Below, piece after piece: positions 20,801-29,198 of a stretch of DNA of 64,000 bases. The position numbers and the translations under genes were made by a program. The first letter of the stretch is position 1; each line of letters opens with the position of its first letter. The stretch comes from a virus: positions 20,592-84,591 of the IMG/VR virus record IMGVR_UViG_3300050010_000483; one strand, 5' to 3'. The notes under the pieces are model-generated. The model was not told the origin of the DNA. It saw only the letters and a program-made list of their open reading frames with translations, and searched no databases.

Positions 20801-23800
20801 CACCAACAAAGGTATTGCATCCACGGTTAAGAGTGGAAATTTCGATCAATTCAACAATAATGGTGTTTTTGATATTGAAGCGATGAAGAAAGCTATTGCT
20901 GCAAATGGAGTCAACGGTAGTACACCAGAGGGACAAAAAATGCAGAAAGCTATTTCTGACTTTCTAAGTAATAAAGACACTGAGGAAATTCTCAAGGCGA
21001 TGCAAACGGCATCACTTGACCTGGTAAATTTGGGACAAGATCAAAAACTCGAACTGGAAAAGATTCAGTCCAATACATTTGCGACAACAAAAGTTTTCGA
21101 TTTCAAACAACTTAGTTCTTTTCTTGGTGGTACAAAAAACTTGACAGATCGAAGCTTCCGCCGTGAAGAAGAAAGAAAAGTTGAGCGTGGTGCTTTCTTG
21201 TTAAATCATGGAAGAACCGCAGAAGCTCGCGGACAAGGTGGTCATGACGTTCTTGAATTCTTTAAAGACAACAATGTTCCGATAGACTTAAAGGGCAACT
21301 CTTCCACGTCTAAGTTGATGCAACAAGCATGGAATGCCGCCCAAACAGGTCTTTCAACGACGTTATCACAATCAATCGGAAGAATCACTGATAGTGATAA
21401 TCGCCTGAATGGCGGACAATCGAACTTTGGTTCAATTTTTGGAAGTTATGATGTAAATGCCGCTGCCAATGCAGGTTTGTCTGCTGAGTTCAAACCTGAA
21501 AATCCCGCCATTACTAGTGGAACTGCCGCCACAGTACCAAACGCCATGAAAACGTTTGATGATAATTTAGACAGTTCGATTCAATCAATTAAGAATTTTG
21601 GAGAGTCTTTAAATCAGACTGCCGCCAATTTCCTACAGGCTCAACAAGATATTAAAAAGGCCGCAGAAGAAATAGATACCGTTACTAAAACAGACACAAA
21701 TAATTTCCAAACATTCATAAATAATTGGACAGCTAATAATCAGTCTCAATCATTACAAACAAATCTTTCTCAAGAAAAGAAAGGGATTAACTGGGGTGGA
21801 CTTGGAAGTGCTGCTATTACCACAGTAGCTACTGCCATTCTTTGGACTCTTTCGAGTCGTATTTCGAGTGGTTTCTTGGGTGGAATCTCAGCAAAAATGG
21901 GAATTGGTGGCTCGAAGAAAGTCGAAGAAGATATTGCTAAAATAGCTACGACTGTTGAAAGCAAAGGTTCATCAGTTATTCGTGAAAGTTCTGATTTAAT
22001 TAAAAATGGAATTCCAAGTTCTTGGAAAAAAGAACAAGAAAATCCATTGATACAAAAACCCGTCGCTTCTATGGCTCCTGTAGCTAATCAAAAAATAGGT
22101 CCATTAAATGCAAACAAAACAACCACTGGGGCATCAGATGCTTCAAAGGTAAATGAAATTTTGTCTGCTAATCATTCTGAAACTATTGGACTTGTTGGTA
22201 AACAAGAAATACTTCACAATGATTTGGTATCTTCTTATTCCAAAATCGAAAAGTTCCGTGAAGAAACTTTAAAAAAAGCCTCTCAACAAATAAAATTGGG
22301 ACGATATACAGGTATTGCATCTATTGATTCTAAGATTCAAGCACATGAATTTGGTAATATTAACAAACAAGAAATTTATCAACTACTTGACAAGACAATA
22401 AAAACTTCTGAACTTCCAGGAGGAAAAAAACTATTAAAAACTCATTCGGACATACAAAAACAATTTAACGAAAATCAAGGAAGACAAAGAATTTTACGAG
22501 AGAGAAATGCCACTATTCAACAACAAGCAGCTAAAACATCTTTGAAAAATACCATTAAAGATACATTTAATCCTGGAGTTTCTTCGGGTGTAGATCATGG
22601 TCCTTTCCACCCAAACGATTTCATGGGAACTTCTGATATTAACACGAAATATACAGAAGAACAACTGGCTGAGTTTGCACCATCAGCAAAACCTAGATAT
22701 TTATCTCGTATTGGAACATCTGTAAGTAATTTTGTTGGTTTTAAACCATATCCTGGAAAATGGTGGAAAACTTCTTGGAAACCTTCTGGAAAATCAACTC
22801 TTTTTGGCAATCCTTTTAGTGTCGCTGGTTTTAATGCAGCCTCTAAATTGGGTAAAAGTGTAAAAATTGGTGGAGCAGGATTGGGAATTTTGGGCGCGGC
22901 TTTATCAGCTAAAGAAGCTTATAATGATTTTAGTACAGCACATGACACAGCAGATTACACTCGCGCTGGCGGTCACTTGGCTTTAAATGCCCTTTCATTT
23001 GCTGGTCCAGTAGGATTAGCGGCCTCGTTAGGAGTAAGAGCGTTAGATAATACTATGCATGAACGTTGGGATTCTCAGCAAGATGTTGCAGATGCAGAAA
23101 ATAGAGGAAAACAAATTGATATGAGAATACGTTTGTTACCTCGTGAATTAGCTCAACGCAAGCGCAAAAAAGCTTTAGCTGTACAAGCTGGCATTCAAGA
23201 ACAAAATGAACAACAAGATGCGATTACTGCTCAAGCTGAAATGAACCCTGCTTATGCTCAGGGTGCGGCCAATCTTGGTTTGGGTCATCTCCAAAATGAT
23301 CTTGGCCACGCAAGGGGACGCAATGGTATTGACTTCACAAAACTCTCTCCTGAGAGTATGAAAAACCTTGACATGATCTGGCACTCAGAGCATCCTGATA
23401 AAATGATTAACGGTAAGTATGTTCGTTCTATGCCAACAGCCGCTACAGGAGGATATTCAGATTTGGCTAACAGTTTGTTTGATGGTACAGACAACAACAA
23501 ACATCGTCAAGCTTTAACGACAGCTTATGGTCGTTCCCTTCCAACATTATTAGATGGTGGTTATGGAACATCTAATTATGATCGTACTAAAAATAGAGTT
23601 ACTCAAGACAATGTTCAATCATCTGTGGAAAATAAAGCCCTGCAAAATATAATGATGGAACAAAGACAATTAAAAGAAGATTCGGCGCAAAATAAAGTAA
23701 ACAATTCTAATAATACTCCAGATAATACCCAAGAGCGTTTGATTTCCGTTTTGGATAAACTTGCTAATGCTGCTAATGGTTCCAACAGTACACCAGCTAA

Positions 23801-23966
23801 AGTTGATTCTAATATTACAGTACAAATTTCTTTGGCTGATGCCGATAAGATTCCTGATACATTGATGAAGCAATTAATTGCTCCTTTACAGAAACAATTG
23901 TCTGATTTGCAAAATCAAACTAACATACTAAGCAACAGATTCGCTCCTAAACCAGCGAAGGTATAA
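14844..23966 (+). CDS. tail tape measure protein (TP901-type N-terminal core) with internal extra domains
   Basis: 3040 aa. The N-terminal 500 aa show the typical tape measure core (EKQLAEVN...ALELSKLSG...IAEALKRVGASA...GGSVIGNSFKSIFTRL). It has long helical stretches and hydrophobic Gly/Ala segments. Confidence 0.9.
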   Translation: MSEYAAEVGVLFKPDMSLVDRAVMESASKWGRATNGLGKNFPLGKLTGDASEFHKSMDAANARVLAFGASMGSIMVVKKAFDLLVDSTINVEKQLAEVNSLFNLGPQGLQNFSSSLFKIANQMSVSFSDAAKAASIFAHHGLSMEETLKRTSAALELSKLSGMSMEESVLSLTSTINSFTKEALDAQDVVDRLTAVGGKYAASSDEIAEALKRVGASANDANVTFNQTIGLITAAQQITARGGSVIGNSFKSIFTRLQRPAVLDDLAAAGVQIRDLQGKILPIVSILKNLAVSYDTLSSSQKSFVSETVGGVYQVNVLKASLSDIKGGASIFEGAMDTAANSAGVAQKRIAILNETLASSMVRTQNEMTRLAANTGNISLTPGLKSGVGGLKSGVSWMADMMDSNKASSGSTGQQIGANLFQGIARGIGNVLAGPGIQFITTVFAKLMTRLAKFISDSSKDLLGVNSKEQEREAINANIAKWLGNQEGILEKIASGEMTIVEATQLRQKHLEIILRTYQDIATISGAITPGNNPTISMGGEGHASGFIPDVRGEVAAASQGGYAAGRVVGTTIRNGSSSFNSTVNTAETKSTINVGGTGRMADFINPPLNSQAGQQHRAKAIKVLGVDPYSLPQRSVNAEGFIPSKPFAMWEINSGNLLGKYKTRTGAMKAADRYKNYDGDSYTYGNVVGTFSSGRIEDYQAFIKYRNSIPSPFALGPLNSASGYVPNLSLDDMQARLKAIGINDWRSLKRPFATQYNKAANKDYPTVPDFDLSMLPESYLGAVTKHFTNHDDVAALLRFAQTQIFKKKLIIQTSSGQKRLPSSIGADALKSTFWNNAEIADTNDGLWGALRGSLANSDTANVLPFLRKGTGIHKDNLASFISSILGQGFESPNTDEGEDVNMDVATAQRLLSRYSGTFPTVVGYDSINNLSPAGDLPDFVGKLKIGNTKFDINTPIFGHKTFVQRNLAEAKNIASLIGGGDFDNDTLATVLGKMFDKRSKKEAESAGIFMGSANAAIDIPAPLKSILSQTNITGDVSGIELKSSLEEAKRHAASKIFRSLIGGTEDSNWSGPIEAPYRLAGVPKFGTGKTGILDYNQFGSSSKNEMLLAAVQAASQGKAIKIIHGAGTYATQHAADVSEGIARGKNYIKSADDLSQYDQIVMNSFIRKSSGLTKGYSGLLYSLASNVQGLGLPESLNEKQLGEYQSLRTLMRQRLGDRYSGAAGGFVPDGNLSDMLKNIFHPLHEFQAYKEVSRQALDFVNNNGSITTKLPSGFDREFLASALANKTVGKPYEADLASLQKVGVSSSYFDVVHDMFGQKVNYKELMSRVKSGEYASGYIPAVLSALKAEDKATGGNAILSASYKLASSSNPLGFAAIDSRSQRNADEAIRQHQSLGQSLASIKSVPHLALDDGSTGFAGSSIFNSIALAVGSFANSNRTEYHSLGDIIKSVFGGLPSNLKTVVNPSFEEVAKKVSLLDSTIKTAQSEVLSPKQKTTFQGQEYNNYNALTEVYNTQRRGLTTPDYEAYQKNKDDSRSSLQALGWRRSILSSMAGGVLTQGVDRFSPNAGAAVQEFTSGLTQSYQVLAAFPNEFGKALRMGVLAGSALSAIDLFGKGLATQQRAFNESQTKYQNLAVQIDGLSNVLNNFDQLLNDSSVSFETLTRESRKYTELLGQMSQTPEGSFAAEKVMSAGSNTAAIAALQEYKAGKSRDLDRQAALLGLKEYGDKRTFGVGNYKIGNPMGFSNDIEKTELTQKISDAAKTGIEALSEKEKANLVSSTSQGFGNFSTQLGNVGPVASKFMSSMNPGTRTAVSQEMFNQLLTENVVQQAPVQEKLKDLRDRNAIRQLNLDSVRRRAASEKRLFIDQGSMIAGNELDLRGIQSRGTYNTAEITYGVGQAMNQYYSLNTGERTMAQRQAIMDTTRLQAEGQFKSQSIKAQATRTVASGLTQNFEEYLGHTDLTKLLQAPGQAPIGDIEQFKANLIDATNKGIASTVKSGNFDQFNNNGVFDIEAMKKAIAANGVNGSTPEGQKMQKAISDFLSNKDTEEILKAMQTASLDLVNLGQDQKLELEKIQSNTFATTKVFDFKQLSSFLGGTKNLTDRSFRREEERKVERGAFLLNHGRTAEARGQGGHDVLEFFKDNNVPIDLKGNSSTSKLMQQAWNAAQTGLSTTLSQSIGRITDSDNRLNGGQSNFGSIFGSYDVNAAANAGLSAEFKPENPAITSGTAATVPNAMKTFDDNLDSSIQSIKNFGESLNQTAANFLQAQQDIKKAAEEIDTVTKTDTNNFQTFINNWTANNQSQSLQTNLSQEKKGINWGGLGSAAITTVATAILWTLSSRISSGFLGGISAKMGIGGSKKVEEDIAKIATTVESKGSSVIRESSDLIKNGIPSSWKKEQENPLIQKPVASMAPVANQKIGPLNANKTTTGASDASKVNEILSANHSETIGLVGKQEILHNDLVSSYSKIEKFREETLKKASQQIKLGRYTGIASIDSKIQAHEFGNINKQEIYQLLDKTIKTSELPGGKKLLKTHSDIQKQFNENQGRQRILRERNATIQQQAAKTSLKNTIKDTFNPGVSSGVDHGPFHPNDFMGTSDINTKYTEEQLAEFAPSAKPRYLSRIGTSVSNFVGFKPYPGKWWKTSWKPSGKSTLFGNPFSVAGFNAASKLGKSVKIGGAGLGILGAALSAKEAYNDFSTAHDTADYTRAGGHLALNALSFAGPVGLAASLGVRALDNTMHERWDSQQDVADAENRGKQIDMRIRLLPRELAQRKRKKALAVQAGIQEQNEQQDAITAQAEMNPAYAQGAANLGLGHLQNDLGHARGRNGIDFTKLSPESMKNLDMIWHSEHPDKMINGKYVRSMPTAATGGYSDLANSLFDGTDNNKHRQALTTAYGRSLPTLLDGGYGTSNYDRTKNRVTQDNVQSSVENKALQNIMMEQRQLKEDSAQNKVNNSNNTPDNTQERLISVLDKLANAANGSNSTPAKVDSNITVQISLADADKIPDTLMKQLIAPLQKQLSDLQNQTNILSNRFAPKPAKV

Positions 23967-23968
23967 TT

Positions 23969-25654
23969 ATGGCCGCTTTTGTTCAACAAGGATTAAACAC
24001 TGGATTAATTGGTTACACACTTCGGAATGAGTTCCTTGGTGAGACGATCTATTACCGTCAAAACCAAATTTTTGATTATGAAATCTACTCTGTTGATAAT
24101 GTAACCCTAAGTCCAAATACAATTCAACAGAATTTACTTTCGGCTTTTTCCATTTACTCTGGAAATATTCAGGTTAAGGTTTTTGAGGCCCCCGTCACAT
24201 ATCAGTTCCCAAATGATGGTATTCGGGCCGCAAAATTCCATGCACGAGTTGAAGTAAAAACTTACGACCCATCAATTACGACTGTTCAGACGGAATTGAA
24301 CAATACGTACTATACGGGGCTGGGCAATTCATTTTGGAGTGGTTTTGGTCCTCAACTAATTGATTTTAAAGAAGAATTCGCTTTTGCAAAACAAGAAGAC
24401 GGCACGAACTCTTACAATCATAGCCTGTCTTTTTCTTTGTTGACAGGAACAAAAGCCGAGGCTGTTTCTCTTGCCTCTGGATTATTTGTCAATGACCCAT
24501 ATACCACATTTGGTATTATCGCCAATTCTGGTGGAGCATATATTGCCAATAGCAATAATTACATTGACTATTATCAAGAAAGTTACGATCTAATTCGTCA
24601 GAGTTATCGTTTTAACAAACGTCGTGATGTTTTTCCAACAACTGGTTATAGTGGTTTCTACAACTTCAATCATACCATGGAAATGAAAGAAAACGGTATT
24701 GTTGAAGTCTCTGAACATGGTGCTGTACAAGCCGCATTATCATTCAATCAAGTCTATGCCACAACTGAAGCATTAGTGGGTGGTTCATATTCTCGTTTGA
24801 ATCCTTTTTATCTTACTTATAGTCCTTTGGCTTCTCCGACAAATACGGCTGGATATGGACTTGTAGTAGAGCCAATGAAAATTGTCAAAAATTACAATCA
24901 ACAAAAATTCACATCAGAATATGATGTTACCTATACAAATGACCCCGAATATGCCGTCAACGGTGCCAGAAGCGTATCTACGATTGAATTTGATGTAGAC
25001 CCCATGGGGACTACAACAATCAAACATAATTTCGATTTCATGGGTAACAGACGTTTGAGCAATTTGGACTTTTTTTCATTGATTAGTAGTGCCACGGGCT
25101 CATCCCCAGGATTGGTGAGTAATTATTATGCTTCTCAAGGATACGACTATAATTCCAGTCTTCCGATCAACCTGATACGTTCCAATGCCACATGGCCAAA
25201 CCGTGATAATAAAGCCTCAGTCTCAATGGAATATTCATCACATCCAAAGTTTTTTAGAACAGTGAATGGCATTACATTCAATTATCTTGATAGTACAATC
25301 GAAAATATGGTGCCTTCTGACATCATGCAAGAATACAAGATTATCAATCGCCCATCAAAGACAAGTGTATTAAACTATGCTTATCAAACAGACAAAGGAC
25401 AGATCGTTATGAAACTCGAAGGTGGTATTGGTCGAAATCCCAATGAGTTTACGACAGGATTCAGAAATGGATTTGGTGGTTATTTAACGGCCCTATACAA
25501 GTATGGTATTGGTCTTTTTGCGCAGCAATTTATGACAAATATTCCAACAGCTTTCACATACTATCTTTCTGACATAAAATACTCTTTAAATCAGGATGGA
25601 ATTCTTACGATGACACTGACGTTTACGTATACCATGAAGAAATACGAGTTGTAA
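23969..25654 (+). CDS. tail tip/baseplate protein
   Basis: 561 aa, aromatic- and beta-rich, first gene after the tape measure gene. Confidence 0.55.
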   Translation: MAAFVQQGLNTGLIGYTLRNEFLGETIYYRQNQIFDYEIYSVDNVTLSPNTIQQNLLSAFSIYSGNIQVKVFEAPVTYQFPNDGIRAAKFHARVEVKTYDPSITTVQTELNNTYYTGLGNSFWSGFGPQLIDFKEEFAFAKQEDGTNSYNHSLSFSLLTGTKAEAVSLASGLFVNDPYTTFGIIANSGGAYIANSNNYIDYYQESYDLIRQSYRFNKRRDVFPTTGYSGFYNFNHTMEMKENGIVEVSEHGAVQAALSFNQVYATTEALVGGSYSRLNPFYLTYSPLASPTNTAGYGLVVEPMKIVKNYNQQKFTSEYDVTYTNDPEYAVNGARSVSTIEFDVDPMGTTTIKHNFDFMGNRRLSNLDFFSLISSATGSSPGLVSNYYASQGYDYNSSLPINLIRSNATWPNRDNKASVSMEYSSHPKFFRTVNGITFNYLDSTIENMVPSDIMQEYKIINRPSKTSVLNYAYQTDKGQIVMKLEGGIGRNPNEFTTGFRNGFGGYLTALYKYGIGLFAQQFMTNIPTAFTYYLSDIKYSLNQDGILTMTLTFTYTMKKYEL

Positions 25655-25655
25655 T

Positions 25656-27272
25656 ATGTTTGATATTTTAGTTCAATATAATGGAAATACAATTTATCCA
25701 ACACCATTGGTTCAACAGAACTATCGGTTCTTAGATTGTGGGCAACGCTGGGGTAATGTTCTTGAAATTGAACTTCAAGGATATGTCACTGGATTAACAT
25801 CAACAGGTAGTATAACTGGTCTGATTAACATTTTTACTGGACAATTTGGAACATTGAATGTTTATCAAACATCTGAGAGTTCGCAGCAACAAATTTACTC
25901 TTGGAATAATCTAAACATCGAAAGTATCGAATTTCCAAATAACAGTTATTTAGTAAACTCTTTTGTTCCTTATCATATTAAAATGCACCAATATAATGTT
26001 CCTAGTGGTGTATTGGACCCTGTCAATGAGTATTCTTTTAATCAAGGCGAGGATGGCACTGTCACTTTAACTCATAAAATGGGTGCCCGTGGTGTTAAGA
26101 ACAACATTGATGCTTTCGACAATGCCATTGCCTTCATCAAATCAATTTCTGGACGAAACGCCTTTCAAACAGCTTTTATTCCAAGTGGAGTTGGAGCTTT
26201 GATGTCTCTTTCTGAAAATATTAATCGTGCCGAAGGAGCATATTACCTTACAGAAACTTATAAATATACAACGGGCATTAATCAACCTTATTGCACCTGG
26301 TTTAATGCATCTGTCACAAATAGTCTTGATAATGAATATCTTTTGGTAAATTCCGAGTTAAAAATTCAAGGTTCTCCCGTCCAAAATAATTTATCTCAGA
26401 TTGAGGCGCAAATTCCCGCTGGTCTTGATAGTTCGCTAAGTCTATTAAATCAGATGGGAATTAATACTGGACTGCTTTTGACTAATTCTATGTCGGTCGT
26501 AAGAGATTCTGGTTCTGCAACGATTACTATCAAACGAGACTTTATTTCTGGCTATTATGCTTCGGATTTTAACGGATTTTTTGACTATGTAATTTCAATT
26601 GATGAAGATTGGGTTTTGCCAAAAGAAACATGGAAAGTTGAAGGAGAATTTATTTGCAAAGGTCCATTGGACTATAAAAAACAACAATTGGCTGTATTCA
26701 AAAATACAATGGGAAACGTCCCAAATTATTTAATGGGATTGATTAGCGGTTCTGAAATTTTTTCAGAGTGGCATAATGATAACAATCTTCCCTCTTCCCT
26801 TTATGAACTATCGGTGAAAGAGAATACGGGCATTGCAACCTGGCAAGCTTCTTTAACCATGTATGACGGGACATATCCAAGTGGAATTGTAATGCCAAAA
26901 TATGCTGTTGATGTGTCTCCATCAAAATGGGCCTTTGATTTACTCCCATCGGCAAATATTGAAGGCCATTATGTAGTCCAAGATTTACAAATGGCCACTC
27001 AAGCCCATCTATCCTTTAACGTTTCATGTGATTCTGATGTTCCTTGGATTGCTGCACCATTAATTTCGGGATACCTTGTTCAATTAGAGGAAATTTATAT
27101 CAACAGCGGAGCCATTACAAGTCAAACATTATCCACGGGGCTGGTATCGGCATCAAACACCAGAGAGTGGATTGGCACGGATAATTTGAGTACTGGAATT
27201 TTGAACACAAAAGTTGTTGGTTCTTATGTTTCCAATTATCTTCGTCAACCTGGATATAGCTTTGGATATTAA
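25656..27272 (+). CDS. tail tip/baseplate protein
   Basis: 538 aa. YSFNQGEDGTVTLTHKM resembles FAFAKQEDGTNSYNHSL in the preceding ORF, suggesting a shared fold. Confidence 0.55.
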   Translation: MFDILVQYNGNTIYPTPLVQQNYRFLDCGQRWGNVLEIELQGYVTGLTSTGSITGLINIFTGQFGTLNVYQTSESSQQQIYSWNNLNIESIEFPNNSYLVNSFVPYHIKMHQYNVPSGVLDPVNEYSFNQGEDGTVTLTHKMGARGVKNNIDAFDNAIAFIKSISGRNAFQTAFIPSGVGALMSLSENINRAEGAYYLTETYKYTTGINQPYCTWFNASVTNSLDNEYLLVNSELKIQGSPVQNNLSQIEAQIPAGLDSSLSLLNQMGINTGLLLTNSMSVVRDSGSATITIKRDFISGYYASDFNGFFDYVISIDEDWVLPKETWKVEGEFICKGPLDYKKQQLAVFKNTMGNVPNYLMGLISGSEIFSEWHNDNNLPSSLYELSVKENTGIATWQASLTMYDGTYPSGIVMPKYAVDVSPSKWAFDLLPSANIEGHYVVQDLQMATQAHLSFNVSCDSDVPWIAAPLISGYLVQLEEIYINSGAITSQTLSTGLVSASNTREWIGTDNLSTGILNTKVVGSYVSNYLRQPGYSFGY

Positions 27273-27280
27273 GGATTATT

Positions 27281-27286
27281 GTGTAA
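27281..27286 (+). promoter_or_regulatory. GTGTAA putative late-promoter motif
   Basis: GTGTAAtgatag 19 nt before the ATG at 27306. Confidence 0.6.
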
Positions 27287-27305
27287 TGATAGATGGATAA
27301 AGGTT

Positions 27306-29162
27306 ATGAATACTGGGGCATTTTTTACATGTTTGAATCTCTTGGGAATTGAGACGGGTAACTCCGTTCAATTACAAGGGATTTATTCTCCTGCCTCGGG
27401 TACTTCTTCATACCTTTTCAATCAATTGTATTCAACGGGCTATCATATCTATAATGGAAACTTATTCGCTGGGGCAACACCATTGATTAACGTTTACAAC
27501 AATCCTGTTACTAACAATTATTTTTCTGGAAATAACGGTTTCCGCGCTGGCTATCAACATAACGGTAATTTCAGTGTGTTAATGGACATTCAATACAGTG
27601 GATGTAATAGATTTTCAAATCAATCTTCTTGTATCCAAAACGTATTACTTTCAACTTGCGATACTTCTGCTGGATTTGGTTCTGGTTTCGCCATCGTGAT
27701 TAATGATGCCAATCGTTTGACATTGAAGTCTCAAAATATCAATTATACTCTCTCGCAAGAATTGAGTGTGAGAGATTTTGTTTATGTCTCTCTAACCGAA
27801 AATCAGTATGTCAACTTTGGCATTTACCGCCCGTCTGATAATTTTCTTTACGTGGAAAATGTCAGTGTACCTTATGGTTCGTTGAACACAAATGCCATTT
27901 ATTTTGGCAACTTTCTAAGCGGTAGTGATTCAAGATTCACGGGATTTTTTGGAAATATCAACACTATTCTCTTATTCAGCGACGATCTCTCAATGGGAGA
28001 TGTGACAACTTGCGCCACTTGTAATATGGTTTCTGGATACACTTCTGTGGCGACAAATCAAACTTTTTCTGGATTTCAATTGACTGGCATGGCGTATTCT
28101 GGTGTTCAATATTATGTTCAAACGGGTTCATCTTACGTTACAGGATATGTGACCAGTCATACTGGTGGACAAATTCCAATAGTCTATCCGTCTGGATTGA
28201 TGACTTTTTTGACATCTGGTGAAGTGACAAGCCCTCTTTTTAATCAAGTGGCCCTGCAAACCAGTGGACAGACCATTCAATTTCAATTTGACCCAACAAT
28301 CTTGGCTGGATTTAGTACATATCAAGTTCAATTTCAATTACCTTTGACATCGGGTGACGTTTTAGAAATCTCAACTTATCCTCAATATAATAGTAACGTT
28401 GCTTTGATCACCACCAATAATCTATATCCATCAAATACAGGATACATTCAGATTTTTGCCAATGGTCTTGCTGAAACTCTGAATCAAGATTACATTGTTA
28501 ATCGTAATCAAATGAGCGGATTCAATGAAAGTGATTTATTGAGTTATGATGTATTGCCCACTAATGGATATGTAACTGCTTATAGTGGTTATTGGCAAAA
28601 TGAAAAATTACTTTTGAGCGATGAAAATTATTTTCCTTCTGAACCCCAGTATTATGAACCTACTGGCTCTCTCTCTGGACAGGTTTTGATTACTGGACTA
28701 TCAGGGATTTGCGTTGGGAATCCTTTCTATCCATCTTTTGGTTATGACATTTTCATGAACGGGCAGAAACTTGTATCAGGATTACAGTATGCAATTTCTT
28801 TGTCTGGTGCTGGATTTGTAGTTTCTCTTTCTGGTGATAATCTGGCTCCCGTTGACATGACTCCTCTTTATCCTCCTGCTGGTGGTCTTCCAACAGGAGC
28901 ATATGCTCAAGGTAATGAATTATCCTTTTTGCCTTATTGGAATAATGTTCAAAAGCAGATTATTTTTATTAATACTACTGTAGCTACCACAGGTTTAATT
29001 GGATTCTCAGAACAAATTTGGGTAAATGGTATTAGACAAGTACGTAATAATGACTACTTTAGAGTATCACCTTGTTCAACCATTAATGAAACGATTACAT
29101 TTCCTGCATTAAATTTTACCATTTATAATAGCGAAAACGATGGTGGTTATTGGAATTTTTGA
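27306..29162 (+). CDS. virion protein with a LamG/ConA-like N-terminal domain
   Basis: NFSVLMDI...VLLST...GFAIVINDANRL...IYFGN...FFGNINTILLFS is a LamG-like pattern. Start moved from the TTG at 27279 to the ATG at 27306, which follows AAGG and the GTGTAA motif. Confidence 0.6.
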   Translation: MNTGAFFTCLNLLGIETGNSVQLQGIYSPASGTSSYLFNQLYSTGYHIYNGNLFAGATPLINVYNNPVTNNYFSGNNGFRAGYQHNGNFSVLMDIQYSGCNRFSNQSSCIQNVLLSTCDTSAGFGSGFAIVINDANRLTLKSQNINYTLSQELSVRDFVYVSLTENQYVNFGIYRPSDNFLYVENVSVPYGSLNTNAIYFGNFLSGSDSRFTGFFGNINTILLFSDDLSMGDVTTCATCNMVSGYTSVATNQTFSGFQLTGMAYSGVQYYVQTGSSYVTGYVTSHTGGQIPIVYPSGLMTFLTSGEVTSPLFNQVALQTSGQTIQFQFDPTILAGFSTYQVQFQLPLTSGDVLEISTYPQYNSNVALITTNNLYPSNTGYIQIFANGLAETLNQDYIVNRNQMSGFNESDLLSYDVLPTNGYVTAYSGYWQNEKLLLSDENYFPSEPQYYEPTGSLSGQVLITGLSGICVGNPFYPSFGYDIFMNGQKLVSGLQYAISLSGAGFVVSLSGDNLAPVDMTPLYPPAGGLPTGAYAQGNELSFLPYWNNVQKQIIFINTTVATTGLIGFSEQIWVNGIRQVRNNDYFRVSPCSTINETITFPALNFTIYNSENDGGYWNF

Positions 29163-29198
29163 TATAATAGGAATATGAAAAACTGGAGGAAAAATTAA

